This document shows, piece after piece, positions 8,913-17,243 of a DNA stretch of 60,523 nucleotides. The notes under the pieces are model-generated. The model saw only the letters and a program-made list of their open reading frames with translations, did not search any database and was not told where the DNA came from. Each line of letters opens with the position of its first letter. Positions within the stretch are counted from its first letter, which is position 1. The position numbers were made by a program, and so were the translations under genes. Origin of the DNA: Eubacteriales bacterium (GTDB lineage: Bacteria; Bacillota; Clostridia; Oscillospirales; CAG-382); assembly GCA_045657245.1 (NCBI GenBank), contig JAZOSQ010000058.1, forward strand, positions 1 to 60,523, written 5' to 3'.

Positions 8913-10805
8913 ATGAAAAAAATCTTTTTATTCTTAATCGCAGCAATACTTGTTATCAGTGTTTCTGTTATCGGTGTTTCTGCAAGTGAAGCAACAGGCG
9001 CTTCTGCCGAAGCTTCTACAAGCGCAATCGGTCCCGAAGAAATCATCATGCTTATCGGTGGTCTTGCCTTCTTCCTTTATGGTATGACGGTTATGTCCAA
9101 CGGTCTTGAAAAGATGTCGGGCGGTAAGCTTGAATCCACTCTCAAGAAAATGACCTCCAATCCCTTCAAGAGCCTTGCGCTTGGTGCAGGTATCACCATA
9201 GCAATACAATCATCCTCTGCGATGACGGTAATGCTGGTTGGTCTTGTAAACTCCGGCGTTATGTCCTTGAACCAAACGGTCGGACTTATAATGGGTTCGA
9301 ACATCGGTACAACCCTTACCGCTTGGCTCACCTCGCTTGTTGGTATTGAAAGCAGCGGCGGTTTTAGCGTTACCGACCTTTTGAAACCTGCTAACTTCTC
9401 GCTTATTTTTGCGTTGGTCGGCGTGTTGTTCGTTATGGGCAACAACAAGAAACGCAAAGACATTGGATATATCATCGTCGGCTTTGCCGTTCTTATGTGC
9501 GGTATGGGCTTTATGGGCGACTCGATGAGCGGTCTTAAAGAAAGCCCCGAATTCCGTGATCTTCTCACTATTTTTGACAACCCCATCTTTGGCGTTATCA
9601 TCGGTGCAGTTGTTACCGGTGTTATTCAAAGCTCTGCGGCATCGGTTGCGATTTTGCAGTCACTTTGCGTATCGGCAGCAGTATTTGAAGTTTCGGGCGG
9701 TCTTACCTTCGGTATGGCAATCCCGATCATTATGGGTCAAAATATCGGTACTTGTGTTACTGCTCTTATTTCCAGCTTTGGCGTTAACAGAAACGCAAAG
9801 CGCGTTGCAGTTGTACATATGTCCTTTAATATCATCGGTACTGTGCTCTGCTTGGCTGTATTCTATTTCTTGCATTGGGTTTTGGACTTCTCGTTCATTC
9901 TCGACGCTCGTATCGATGCGTTCGATATCGCAATTTGCCACATGTTGTTCAACGTTATCACAACAGCGGCTCTTCTTCCCTTCTCAAAGCTTCTTGTTAA
10001 GCTTGCTTACAAGGTTATTCGCGACAAGGAAGGCGAAAACGAAAACAAGATTCTCCTCGACGACAGATTGCTTGCTACTCCTGCAGTTGCGGTTGCTCAC
10101 TGTAACACACTCACCGTTAAAATGGCTTCGATTTCTAAAGAAACGATGCTTAAATCCATCGACATTCTTGATAATTTCGACGAAAATCTTGCAATCGAGG
10201 TTGAAGAAGCAGAGGGCATCGTCGACAGATATGAAGACGAATTGGGTACATATCTCGTCAAGCTTTCGAGCAACGACCTTACAACGAAAGACTCCCAGAG
10301 TGTTTCCACAATGCTTCACTCTATCGGCAACTTCGAACGTATCAGCGACCACGCAGTTGAAGTGCTTCGTACCGCTCAGGAATTGAGAGAAAAGAAGCTT
10401 CAATTCTCGAAGGAAGCGCAAGGAGAAGTTAAGGTTCTCACCGATGCTATCCGTGAAATCATCGACATCACCTTCGAGGCATTCGAAAACGGTAACACCG
10501 AATTGGCAAGAAAGGTTGAGCCCCTTGAACAAGTTATCGACGGTATTGCGGCACAGATGCGTGCAAAGCATATTGTCAGACTTCAGGCAGGTAACTGTAC
10601 GATTGAGCTTGGCTTTATCCTTTCCGACCTTATCACAGGTTTGGAACGTGTGTCCGACCACTGTTCAAACATTGCGGTTGCTCTTATTGAGGTTTCCGAA
10701 GGTTCGTTCGATACCCATAAATACCTTAACGACGTTAAGAGCGGTAACGACGAAAACTTCCGCAAGAATTACGACGAATATAAGGTTAAATACGCTTTGA
10801 ACTAA
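8913..10805 (+). CDS. Na/Pi cotransporter family protein with C-terminal PhoU-like repeats
   Basis: A polytopic N-terminal half (GGKLES...QSSSA repeats) is followed by two PhoU-like helical repeats (ERISDHAVEV, ERVSDHCSNIA). The ATG at 8913 is preceded by GGAGA. The ORF-track start at 8760 lies inside the promoter and is rejected. Confidence 0.9.
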   Translation: MKKIFLFLIAAILVISVSVIGVSASEATGASAEASTSAIGPEEIIMLIGGLAFFLYGMTVMSNGLEKMSGGKLESTLKKMTSNPFKSLALGAGITIAIQSSSAMTVMLVGLVNSGVMSLNQTVGLIMGSNIGTTLTAWLTSLVGIESSGGFSVTDLLKPANFSLIFALVGVLFVMGNNKKRKDIGYIIVGFAVLMCGMGFMGDSMSGLKESPEFRDLLTIFDNPIFGVIIGAVVTGVIQSSAASVAILQSLCVSAAVFEVSGGLTFGMAIPIIMGQNIGTCVTALISSFGVNRNAKRVAVVHMSFNIIGTVLCLAVFYFLHWVLDFSFILDARIDAFDIAICHMLFNVITTAALLPFSKLLVKLAYKVIRDKEGENENKILLDDRLLATPAVAVAHCNTLTVKMASISKETMLKSIDILDNFDENLAIEVEEAEGIVDRYEDELGTYLVKLSSNDLTTKDSQSVSTMLHSIGNFERISDHAVEVLRTAQELREKKLQFSKEAQGEVKVLTDAIREIIDITFEAFENGNTELARKVEPLEQVIDGIAAQMRAKHIVRLQAGNCTIELGFILSDLITGLERVSDHCSNIAVALIEVSEGSFDTHKYLNDVKSGNDENFRKNYDEYKVKYALN

Positions 10806-10811
10806 AAAATC

Positions 10812-10848
10812 AAATCGAGAATCGGTAATAACTGATTCTCGATTTTTT
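10812..10848 (+). terminator. Rho-independent terminator
   Basis: A 12-bp perfect stem (AAATCGAGAATC / GATTCTCGATTT) is followed by a T-run. Confidence 0.88.
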
Positions 10849-10913
10849 ATATTGACTTTTATCCTTAAACATTGTAAAATTAATTGTATCTTTATGCCTC
10901 GAAAGGAAGGTTG

Positions 10914-13550
10914 ATGATGACCGCAATCAATGCGCTCCGAAACAAATTCAAATTTGATCCGGAAAGCCCTTTCCATTTTTACAGAATGGTGCTTTTATGG
11001 TCGTTTATTGTTTCGGGCTGTATAACTATACCTTTTATTATAGTTGAGCTTATCAAAACGGGTTCCGCTGTTTTTCTTTATTACGGCGACTATAACGCAC
11101 AGCAGATCTGTTTTTACGAGAACTGTGTCCGTATGGTGCACGAAGGTTCGATCGGGTGGGACTGGGTTACCGACCTCGGTTCGAACTTCGTCGGTAGTTA
11201 TTCTTACTATATGCTCGGAAGTCCCTTCTTCTGGATAATGTGCCTTTTCCCCGCTTCTTGGGCACCTTATCTTATGGCTCCGATGTATATGGTTAAATAT
11301 ATGGTTGCGGCTTTGTTCGGTTATGCTTATTTACAGCGTTTCGTCAAAAACAAAAATTATGCCGTTATCGGCGCTTTGCTCTATTCCTTCTCGGGATTCC
11401 AGATTTACAACACCTTCTTCAATCAGTTCCACGACGTAGTTGCGTTCTTCCCATTGCTTCTCATCGGTATGGAAGAATTCGTGCAGAATGACAGAAAAGG
11501 TCTTTTCGCGATAGCGGTTATGATCAACGCCCTTATAAACTATTTTATGTTTGCAGGGCAGGTTGTTTTCTGTATTCTCTATTTCTTGTTCAGAATGTCG
11601 ACAAAGTCGTTCAGAATAACCTTCAAGAAGTTCCTTGGATTATTCTTCGAAGCGGTTCTTGGCGCCATGATGGCGATGTTTATATTCTTGCCCGGTGCCG
11701 TGGCGGTTTTGAGCAACTCGAGAATCGAAAACTCCTATTTAGATATCGTCGAAAAGATTATCGAGTATATCAAAGCAGGTGATTGGGAAAACGCGCTTAA
11801 ACAATCGAAATATATTTTCACTTGGCGAACCAGCGGTAATTTCTATTGGCAAAGATATGGTCAGATTTTCGAATCATATTTCTTCCCGCCCGATATCCCT
11901 TCTCGTGTCAACTTCTTTGATGGTCACCAAACACGTTGGGCTTCCATCTCTATGTATCTCCCCATGTTCTCCATGTCGGGATTCTTCGCCTTATTTACCA
12001 CAAAAAAACGCACTTGGCTTAAATCCTTCCTCATCTTGCTTATCGTTTGTTCCTTCGTGCCGATTTTAAACAGCATTTTCTTCTTGTTCAATTCGGCATA
12101 TTATGCAAGATGGCTTTATATGATGATAATGATGTTATCGCTTGCCACGATAATCTCGCTCGAGGACTCAAAAACGAATTGGCGTCCGCCTGTTGCGATT
12201 ATGACGTTCTTCTGTACAGTTATTGCAATTCCTTTGGGACTTGTATGGCACGAAAACAAGAATGATGTTCTTGAGCTTGGGTTCCCTCCTTACAGAGCAA
12301 GATTCTGGCTTTATGTTGCGATCGCATTCCTCGGAATATTTCTTACGGCTTATATCATCAGAAAATACCGCAACACCAAAACTTTTGAACGTGCGTTACT
12401 CTACGGCGTTTCGTTTATGATTGTCATTTACGCTTGTTTGCACATTTCGAACGGCAAACAATATTCGCACACAAGCGAATTTTTGGTTGATCAGTGTATT
12501 GAAGGCGAGGTTGATCTCCCCGACCCGCACGAAGACTTCTATAGAATCGATTTCTACAGAGGTTCGGGTGTTTCACCGCTTGACAACATCGGTATTTATT
12601 GGAATCTCCCCTCTATCGAATGTTTCCATACGGTTGTCCCCCCTTCCATTATGGAATTTTACCCTGCGGCACTTGATATTAAGCGCAGTGTCGGTTCAAG
12701 GCCCGAAAGTTCTTATTATGGTTTGAGATCCTTCACGTCGACAAAGTATTCCTTTATCGAAACCTCCAAGAATGTCAAAAAAGGCAAGGAAGTTCACAAA
12801 GTATTCGGTTTTGAATATTTTAAGACCGAAAACGGTTTTGATATTTATGAAAACACGAATTATATTCCTATGGGCTTTGCTTATACGGAATTTATGACCG
12901 AAACCGACTTTTCGGAGGCATACACACCAACCGACCGTGACAAAGTTCTTGTTAAATATCTTGTCGTTCCCGACAACATGGCTTCCTATTATTCGCGTTT
13001 TATGACGAGAGTTACCCCAGAAGCGAAGGAAAGAAGCAACGACGATACCTTCACAAAAGCCGTCAAAGAACGCAGAGAGATGGCTTGTGACAGTTTCGAA
13101 TACGACAGTTACGGATTTAAGGCACACATAAATCTCGACGAATCCAACATCGTATATTTCAGTGTTCCTTATGAAAACGAGGGTTGGTCGGCAACCGTCA
13201 ACGGCAAGGAAAAAGAAGTTTTGAAGGTGACATACGGATTTGTTGCCGTTGAATGTGAAGCAGGTGAAAACACCATCGTATTCGACTATACAACTCCCGG
13301 TCTTATTAATTCCACAACGCTTGTTCTGGGTGATTACGAGGTTACCGTTCCCGGTGGTGTTTGGATTTCGCTTGTCGCTATCCTCGTTTATGTTCTTTAT
13401 ATGTTATATTTCAACGTATACAAGAAGCACAAGGCAGAAACCAAATTCTTCAGCTTTGAATACTATGACGATTGCGGTGTTAATCATATTCAAACAAAAA
13501 CACGCAAGATACCGCTTAAAAAACGCATTAAGAAGTTATTCAAAAAATAA
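10914..13550 (+). CDS. YfhO-family polytopic membrane protein (putative glycosyltransferase)
   Basis: The protein is about 878 aa, with many N-terminal TMs, a large C-terminal extracytoplasmic domain and a final TM. The segment YGDYNAQQ...GSNFVGSYSYYMLGSPFFW resembles YfhO-family proteins. The ATG at 10914 follows GGAAGG. Confidence 0.82.
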   Translation: MMTAINALRNKFKFDPESPFHFYRMVLLWSFIVSGCITIPFIIVELIKTGSAVFLYYGDYNAQQICFYENCVRMVHEGSIGWDWVTDLGSNFVGSYSYYMLGSPFFWIMCLFPASWAPYLMAPMYMVKYMVAALFGYAYLQRFVKNKNYAVIGALLYSFSGFQIYNTFFNQFHDVVAFFPLLLIGMEEFVQNDRKGLFAIAVMINALINYFMFAGQVVFCILYFLFRMSTKSFRITFKKFLGLFFEAVLGAMMAMFIFLPGAVAVLSNSRIENSYLDIVEKIIEYIKAGDWENALKQSKYIFTWRTSGNFYWQRYGQIFESYFFPPDIPSRVNFFDGHQTRWASISMYLPMFSMSGFFALFTTKKRTWLKSFLILLIVCSFVPILNSIFFLFNSAYYARWLYMMIMMLSLATIISLEDSKTNWRPPVAIMTFFCTVIAIPLGLVWHENKNDVLELGFPPYRARFWLYVAIAFLGIFLTAYIIRKYRNTKTFERALLYGVSFMIVIYACLHISNGKQYSHTSEFLVDQCIEGEVDLPDPHEDFYRIDFYRGSGVSPLDNIGIYWNLPSIECFHTVVPPSIMEFYPAALDIKRSVGSRPESSYYGLRSFTSTKYSFIETSKNVKKGKEVHKVFGFEYFKTENGFDIYENTNYIPMGFAYTEFMTETDFSEAYTPTDRDKVLVKYLVVPDNMASYYSRFMTRVTPEAKERSNDDTFTKAVKERREMACDSFEYDSYGFKAHINLDESNIVYFSVPYENEGWSATVNGKEKEVLKVTYGFVAVECEAGENTIVFDYTTPGLINSTTLVLGDYEVTVPGGVWISLVAILVYVLYMLYFNVYKKHKAETKFFSFEYYDDCGVNHIQTKTRKIPLKKRIKKLFKK

Positions 13551-13560
13551 TTAGATTTTC

Positions 13561-13607
13561 AAAAAAAAGAGGTTGTCAAAATCATTTTGGCAACCTCTAT
13601 ATTTTTT
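13561..13607. terminator. Bidirectional terminator between convergent genes
   Basis: A 13-bp stem (GAGGTTGTCAAAA / TTTTGGCAACCTC) is flanked by an A-run upstream and a T-run downstream. It can serve both yfhO (+) and the Cys-rich gene (-). Confidence 0.85.
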
Positions 13608-13647
13608 AGAATTTGATTTTAAAATTCGGGCAAAATATCAAACACTT

Positions 13648-14505
13648 CTATTTGCAGTTTTTATCACATCTGTTATTTTGGTTGACGCAACGGTCGCAAT
13701 TTCCGTTTTGTTCGTCGGCATAGGGATAAAATTCGTTTACGGGGAATTGCATCTTGCCAAAAATCGAGCAGGGATCGTCGTTATTGCAAGGTTTGCTGTC
13801 GTTTTCGGGCAGACAGAAGCGACATGCAGGGAGAACAATCTGCACACGGCGTTCCATACGGATCACCGAGAACACACCGATCGTGACGTAAACGTTATTA
13901 ACGCCAACGCCGTCAACGAAGCTTCCGTCGAAACGAGAGCTTATCTTTTCGGGTATTGCGTCAACACACATACAGCAGTTACCGAAGGGACGGCAACGTT
14001 CAACAATCTTACTATCGAGGCATATCGGCGATGCGACTTCAACGACAACCGTGGGAAGCGTGGGTTCGCAATCACAACGAAGGTCATGTTCGTCGAAGCA
14101 AAAACTGTTTTTCTCGGGGTCGGAAGTGAATACGCTTACGTTCTTCTCCGAGCCGAAAAGAATGATTTTTTTATCGAACGCACAAAGGCCTTTAACTTCC
14201 TGTACTCTGCCGCCGCAAACACAAGCTTCGAGCGTTACGCAGAAATAATAACGAACGGTTACCTGATAGAATCCTTTATTGAAAGGTACGGGTTCGATAT
14301 TGATTCCTGTGTTGATCACTTCAACACATTTGCATCTTACAGCACTTGCTTTGTCGATTATTTCCTGCCCCATATCACAGAGATGGACACGAACGTCTTC
14401 GAGACAGTCTTTATCTCTTGCAGAATCGAAAACCTTATCTACGCTTATGCAGCAAAGTTGTTCTTTATTACCGCAAAGTCCGCCGAAAGGGCTATTTTTT
14501 TCCAT
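13648..14505 (-). CDS. Cysteine-rich hypothetical protein (about 27 Cys in 285 aa)
   Basis: The ATG at 14505 is preceded by AGGAGGAA at about 7 nt. The gene is bracketed by its own promoter and the bidirectional terminator. I recognise no family. The co-extensive plus-strand ORF 13573..14508 has no RBS and starts inside the terminator. Confidence 0.75.
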   Translation of the reverse strand: MEKNSPFGGLCGNKEQLCCISVDKVFDSARDKDCLEDVRVHLCDMGQEIIDKASAVRCKCVEVINTGINIEPVPFNKGFYQVTVRYYFCVTLEACVCGGRVQEVKGLCAFDKKIILFGSEKNVSVFTSDPEKNSFCFDEHDLRCDCEPTLPTVVVEVASPICLDSKIVERCRPFGNCCMCVDAIPEKISSRFDGSFVDGVGVNNVYVTIGVFSVIRMERRVQIVLPACRFCLPENDSKPCNNDDPCSIFGKMQFPVNEFYPYADEQNGNCDRCVNQNNRCDKNCK

Positions 14506-14531
14506 TAATATATTCCTCCTTGAGAGTTTGG

Positions 14532-14560
14532 ATAATACCATATATTGTGGTTATTATCAA
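14532..14560 (-). promoter_or_regulatory. Candidate promoter of the Cys-rich gene
   Basis: On the minus strand I read TTGATA (14560..14555), a 17-nt spacer, then TGgTATTAT (extended -10, hexamer at 14537..14532). Confidence 0.5.
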
Positions 14561-14612
14561 TATTATTCTATGCAGAGGGTGAAAAAAGGTGTTTTTTTGT
14601 ACAAAAGAACTA

Positions 14613-14641
14613 TTTACAAATCATGTACATAATGGTATATT
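14613..14641 (+). promoter_or_regulatory. Candidate promoter of the divergent membrane-protein gene
   Basis: TTTACA (14613..14618), a 17-nt spacer, then TGgTATATT (hexamer at 14636..14641). Confidence 0.45.
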
Positions 14642-14685
14642 ATGCTCCGAGGTGATTTGTAATAGAACGCTCTAAAATCAGAGCC

Positions 14686-15417
14686 TTGTCAATACTCGTT
14701 GTTGCATTTATATTTATGATCGCTTTTTCTGTTTTTGCAATGCAACTTGTTCTTTGGCAAGGTCAGGATATTTCTGTTAATATTGTAAGTGACACCGAAG
14801 AAGGCAACAACGATGTTGTTATCTCGGTTCTTAATACAGCAGGTTCAACTCTTTTGTTCTACGAGAATGCCGAAATGACCGGCAAACTTGAATATTTAAG
14901 CAAAGACGGTTGGATCGAATATTGCGACGTTTCCTATACTTCCGACAACGCTGATGCTGTTTCCCAGCAATACGGCGGTGTGTTCGCAGAGCTTGCTCCC
15001 GGAGAAGATTGGGACGTTTCCATTCCTAAGCACATTGTCGAAAAAATGAAAAGCGGTACTTACCGTGTCAAATTCACTTATATCAGCGAAAATAACTACA
15101 ACGAATATCTTGAATCTGCCTTCAACGACAGAAAAGACATTTCGGTTTCTGATGATATCTCAGATATAAGCGACGCCAGTGATGTTTCTACGCCCAGCGG
15201 TTTCCTTCCTCTCGTCGGTCTCGGCAAGGATGACAAAGACACCGAAACCGTTGAAGAAGAATTTTTTGCAGCTTCAAGAAGCGAGGTTTTTCTTAAAACT
15301 TTCGAATATGAAGTTGACGAAGAATTTGTTGACCGTGTTGACATCAGCGACGACGACCTTCGTATCGACGAACCTTCGAAAACACGTGCTATTCCCGAAC
15401 CCGACAAATTAAGTTAA
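14686..15417 (+). CDS. Hypothetical N-terminally membrane-anchored protein with an acidic Ser/Asp-rich C-terminal half
   Basis: The 243-aa ORF has one N-terminal TM (ILVVAFIFMIAFSVFAMQLVLW) and a terminator directly downstream. The start is uncertain: the TTG at 14686 has only a weak RBS, and the ATG at 14716 is an alternative. Confidence 0.55.
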   Translation: MSILVVAFIFMIAFSVFAMQLVLWQGQDISVNIVSDTEEGNNDVVISVLNTAGSTLLFYENAEMTGKLEYLSKDGWIEYCDVSYTSDNADAVSQQYGGVFAELAPGEDWDVSIPKHIVEKMKSGTYRVKFTYISENNYNEYLESAFNDRKDISVSDDISDISDASDVSTPSGFLPLVGLGKDDKDTETVEEEFFAASRSEVFLKTFEYEVDEEFVDRVDISDDDLRIDEPSKTRAIPEPDKLS

Positions 15418-15427
15418 TTATTAATAG

Positions 15428-15457
15428 AAAAAAGCACCTTTTACGGTGCTTTTTTTC
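15428..15457 (+). terminator. Rho-independent terminator
   Basis: A stem (AAAGCACC / GGTGCTTT) is followed by TTTTTTT. Confidence 0.78.
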
Positions 15458-15466
15458 GGAGTATTT

Positions 15467-16234
15467 ATGGAATTTTCGGTTTTTGACTTGAAATCACATT
15501 TTAATACGAGCGATGCCCCTCATATCGAGTTCTTCGACAGCATCGATTCCACAAGCAACGAAGCTAAACGTGCGCTCGAAAAAGGGCTTTCGGGCGATGC
15601 GATTTTTATTTCAAGGCATCAAACGGCGGGCAGAGGGAGAAGCGGAAAAAGTTTTTATTCCCCCGACGGAAGCGGTCTTTATTTTTCGATTGTGCTTCAT
15701 CCCGAAATTCCGATCGAAAAGTCGGTTTTATTGACTGTTGCCGCTGCGGTCGTGACAAGAGACGTTATTGAGTCACAAACAAAGAAGCACCCTACGATAA
15801 AATGGGTCAACGATATTTTTATTGACAACAAAAAGGTTTGCGGTATTCTTTCCGAGGCAGTCAACGATTATGAAAAAGGTATTATCAAATCTACCGTTAT
15901 CGGCATCGGTATTAATATCACGACCGATGAATTCCCCGCCGAACTTGACGGAATTGCCGTATCGCTCGGTAAAGAAATCAACCGTGAAGAAACGGTCGCT
16001 TTGATTTTCAAGAAGCTGAAAGCTATATTCAAAAATATCGAAAACGACAAGAGTTTTATCGACGAATACCGAAAACATTCACTCGCAATCGGAAAGACGG
16101 TTTATTTTTCGCGAAACGGAATAGATTACAAAGCAAAAGCCGTTGACGTTTCCGACAACGGCGAATTGAAGGTTTTTACCGAAAGCGGAGAAGAAATACT
16201 TCTCAACAGCGGTGAAATCAGCATTAAATTTTGA
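15467..16234 (+). CDS. birA: Biotin--[acetyl-CoA-carboxylase] ligase, class I (no N-terminal HTH)
   Basis: The biotin-protein-ligase motifs GRGRSGKSFYSP and KWVNDI are present. The protein is about 255 aa from the ATG at 15467. The ORF-track start at 15446 lies inside the upstream terminator. Confidence 0.9.
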   Translation: MEFSVFDLKSHFNTSDAPHIEFFDSIDSTSNEAKRALEKGLSGDAIFISRHQTAGRGRSGKSFYSPDGSGLYFSIVLHPEIPIEKSVLLTVAAAVVTRDVIESQTKKHPTIKWVNDIFIDNKKVCGILSEAVNDYEKGIIKSTVIGIGINITTDEFPAELDGIAVSLGKEINREETVALIFKKLKAIFKNIENDKSFIDEYRKHSLAIGKTVYFSRNGIDYKAKAVDVSDNGELKVFTESGEEILLNSGEISIKF

Positions 16235-16766
16235 GTTTCGAAAGACTTTTTTTATAAATTCTGTGGGCAAGACCGATTTTTATGGCATCGGGAATGATAC
16301 AGGGTAAGACACACGTTCCGAGAGCCCCAAAAACCGTCACAGGCGAACCGTTCGAGCCCGACCATATGACGAACACTGCTGTTCCCAAAGCGTAGCACGA
16401 AAGCGTTCCGACGGCGAGAGAGGTTATTGCTATTTTATCTGATTTGCCGAACCTTTTTTCGCAGAAAATATAAACCAATCCCATAACAACAAAGCCGAAA
16501 AGAAATCCGCCCGTCGGACCAAGCAAAGTTGAAATCCCTGCACCGAATCCCGAAAAGACGGGAACACCGCAAGTCCCCAACGCAAGATAGACCAATATTG
16601 ATACCGTTCCCCTCTTTCCGCCGAAGGTCATCAAGAGAAGCGATATCCCGAACAGTTGGAGTGTAAACGGAATCGGCGCGGGTATGGTTATCAGCGAAAA
16701 CAAAGCAATAAGAACCGCCCCGATTGAAATAAGTGCAATATCGTTTATCTTTTTATTTCTTTTCAC
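16224..16766 (-). CDS. bioY: Biotin transporter BioY (ECF S-component)
   Basis: The 180-aa hydrophobic protein has a BioY-like sequence (PIPFTLQLFGI...GTVSILVYLALG...GPTGGFLFGF). It uses a GTG start 7 nt after AAGGAGG. Its 3' end overlaps the birA 3' end by 11 nt. Confidence 0.9.
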   Translation of the reverse strand: MKRNKKINDIALISIGAVLIALFSLITIPAPIPFTLQLFGISLLLMTFGGKRGTVSILVYLALGTCGVPVFSGFGAGISTLLGPTGGFLFGFVVMGLVYIFCEKRFGKSDKIAITSLAVGTLSCYALGTAVFVIWSGSNGSPVTVFGALGTCVLPCIIPDAIKIGLAHRIYKKSLSKLKI

Positions 16767-16832
16767 AAGCAGTCCTCCTTAATTTGATATTTCAAGCTGT
16801 CACAGGTGCGCCTATGACAGCTTTTTTTATAA

Positions 16833-17243
16833 TTAATAGTCTTCGCAATAAATCGAAACGGCGGCAGTGAACATTCCACCTTTGAACTCCTTTACTTCGA
16901 GATGACACCAAACATTAATACCTCTCGAAAAAAGCATATTCGGAACTATACACCATTCAAAAGGCAGCATACCGACATACGTTCCGTCTTCGCGCTGTAC
17001 TTCAAGTTGGAGATAATTTCGGCTTTTTCGATTTTCTTTATAATCGATACGAAGTTTTTCTCCCAATTCGAGAGAAGAAAAAATTTCGCTGGGTGAATCA
17101 CACATAAAACACCCTTCAAGCGCACAAACACCGATGAACACACCTTTATGCGGTTCGAGTTTGACGAATATCTTTTCTGCAAGATCGGGGTCTTCGGTAA
17201 CTATCGACATCGTTATCGGATGGAGTTTTTTATATTTGTTCAA
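16833..17243 (-). CDS. Small hypothetical protein, tentatively HIRAN-like
   Basis: The 136-aa ORF has a TTG start 9 nt after GAGG, and the start lies 14 nt inside the addA 3' end. The segment LELGEKLRIDYKENRKSRNYLQLEVQREDGTYVGMLPFEWCIVPNMLFSRGINVW loosely fits the HIRAN pattern (GxxLxLxxExxNxxD..ai.V....G..vGylP.e.a..l). The domain call is unverified. Confidence 0.6.
   Translation of the reverse strand: MNKYKKLHPITMSIVTEDPDLAEKIFVKLEPHKGVFIGVCALEGCFMCDSPSEIFSSLELGEKLRIDYKENRKSRNYLQLEVQREDGTYVGMLPFEWCIVPNMLFSRGINVWCHLEVKEFKGGMFTAAVSIYCEDY

Noticed and set aside
13573-14508. A 311-aa plus-strand ORF almost exactly co-extensive with the Cys-rich minus-strand gene.
   Set aside because: It has no SD, its TTG start lies inside the bidirectional terminator hairpin, and its composition looks like an antisense shadow. 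The minus-strand frame has a strong SD, promoter and terminator.
16796-16829. The hairpin AGCTGTCACAGG-TGCG-CCTATGACAGCT with its T-run on the plus strand.
   Set aside because: The T-run is on the strand with no upstream gene. On the minus strand it may act as a weak terminator for the addBA/HIRAN-like unit just before the bioY SD, but the downstream tract is only moderately U-rich. I therefore did not list it as a feature.
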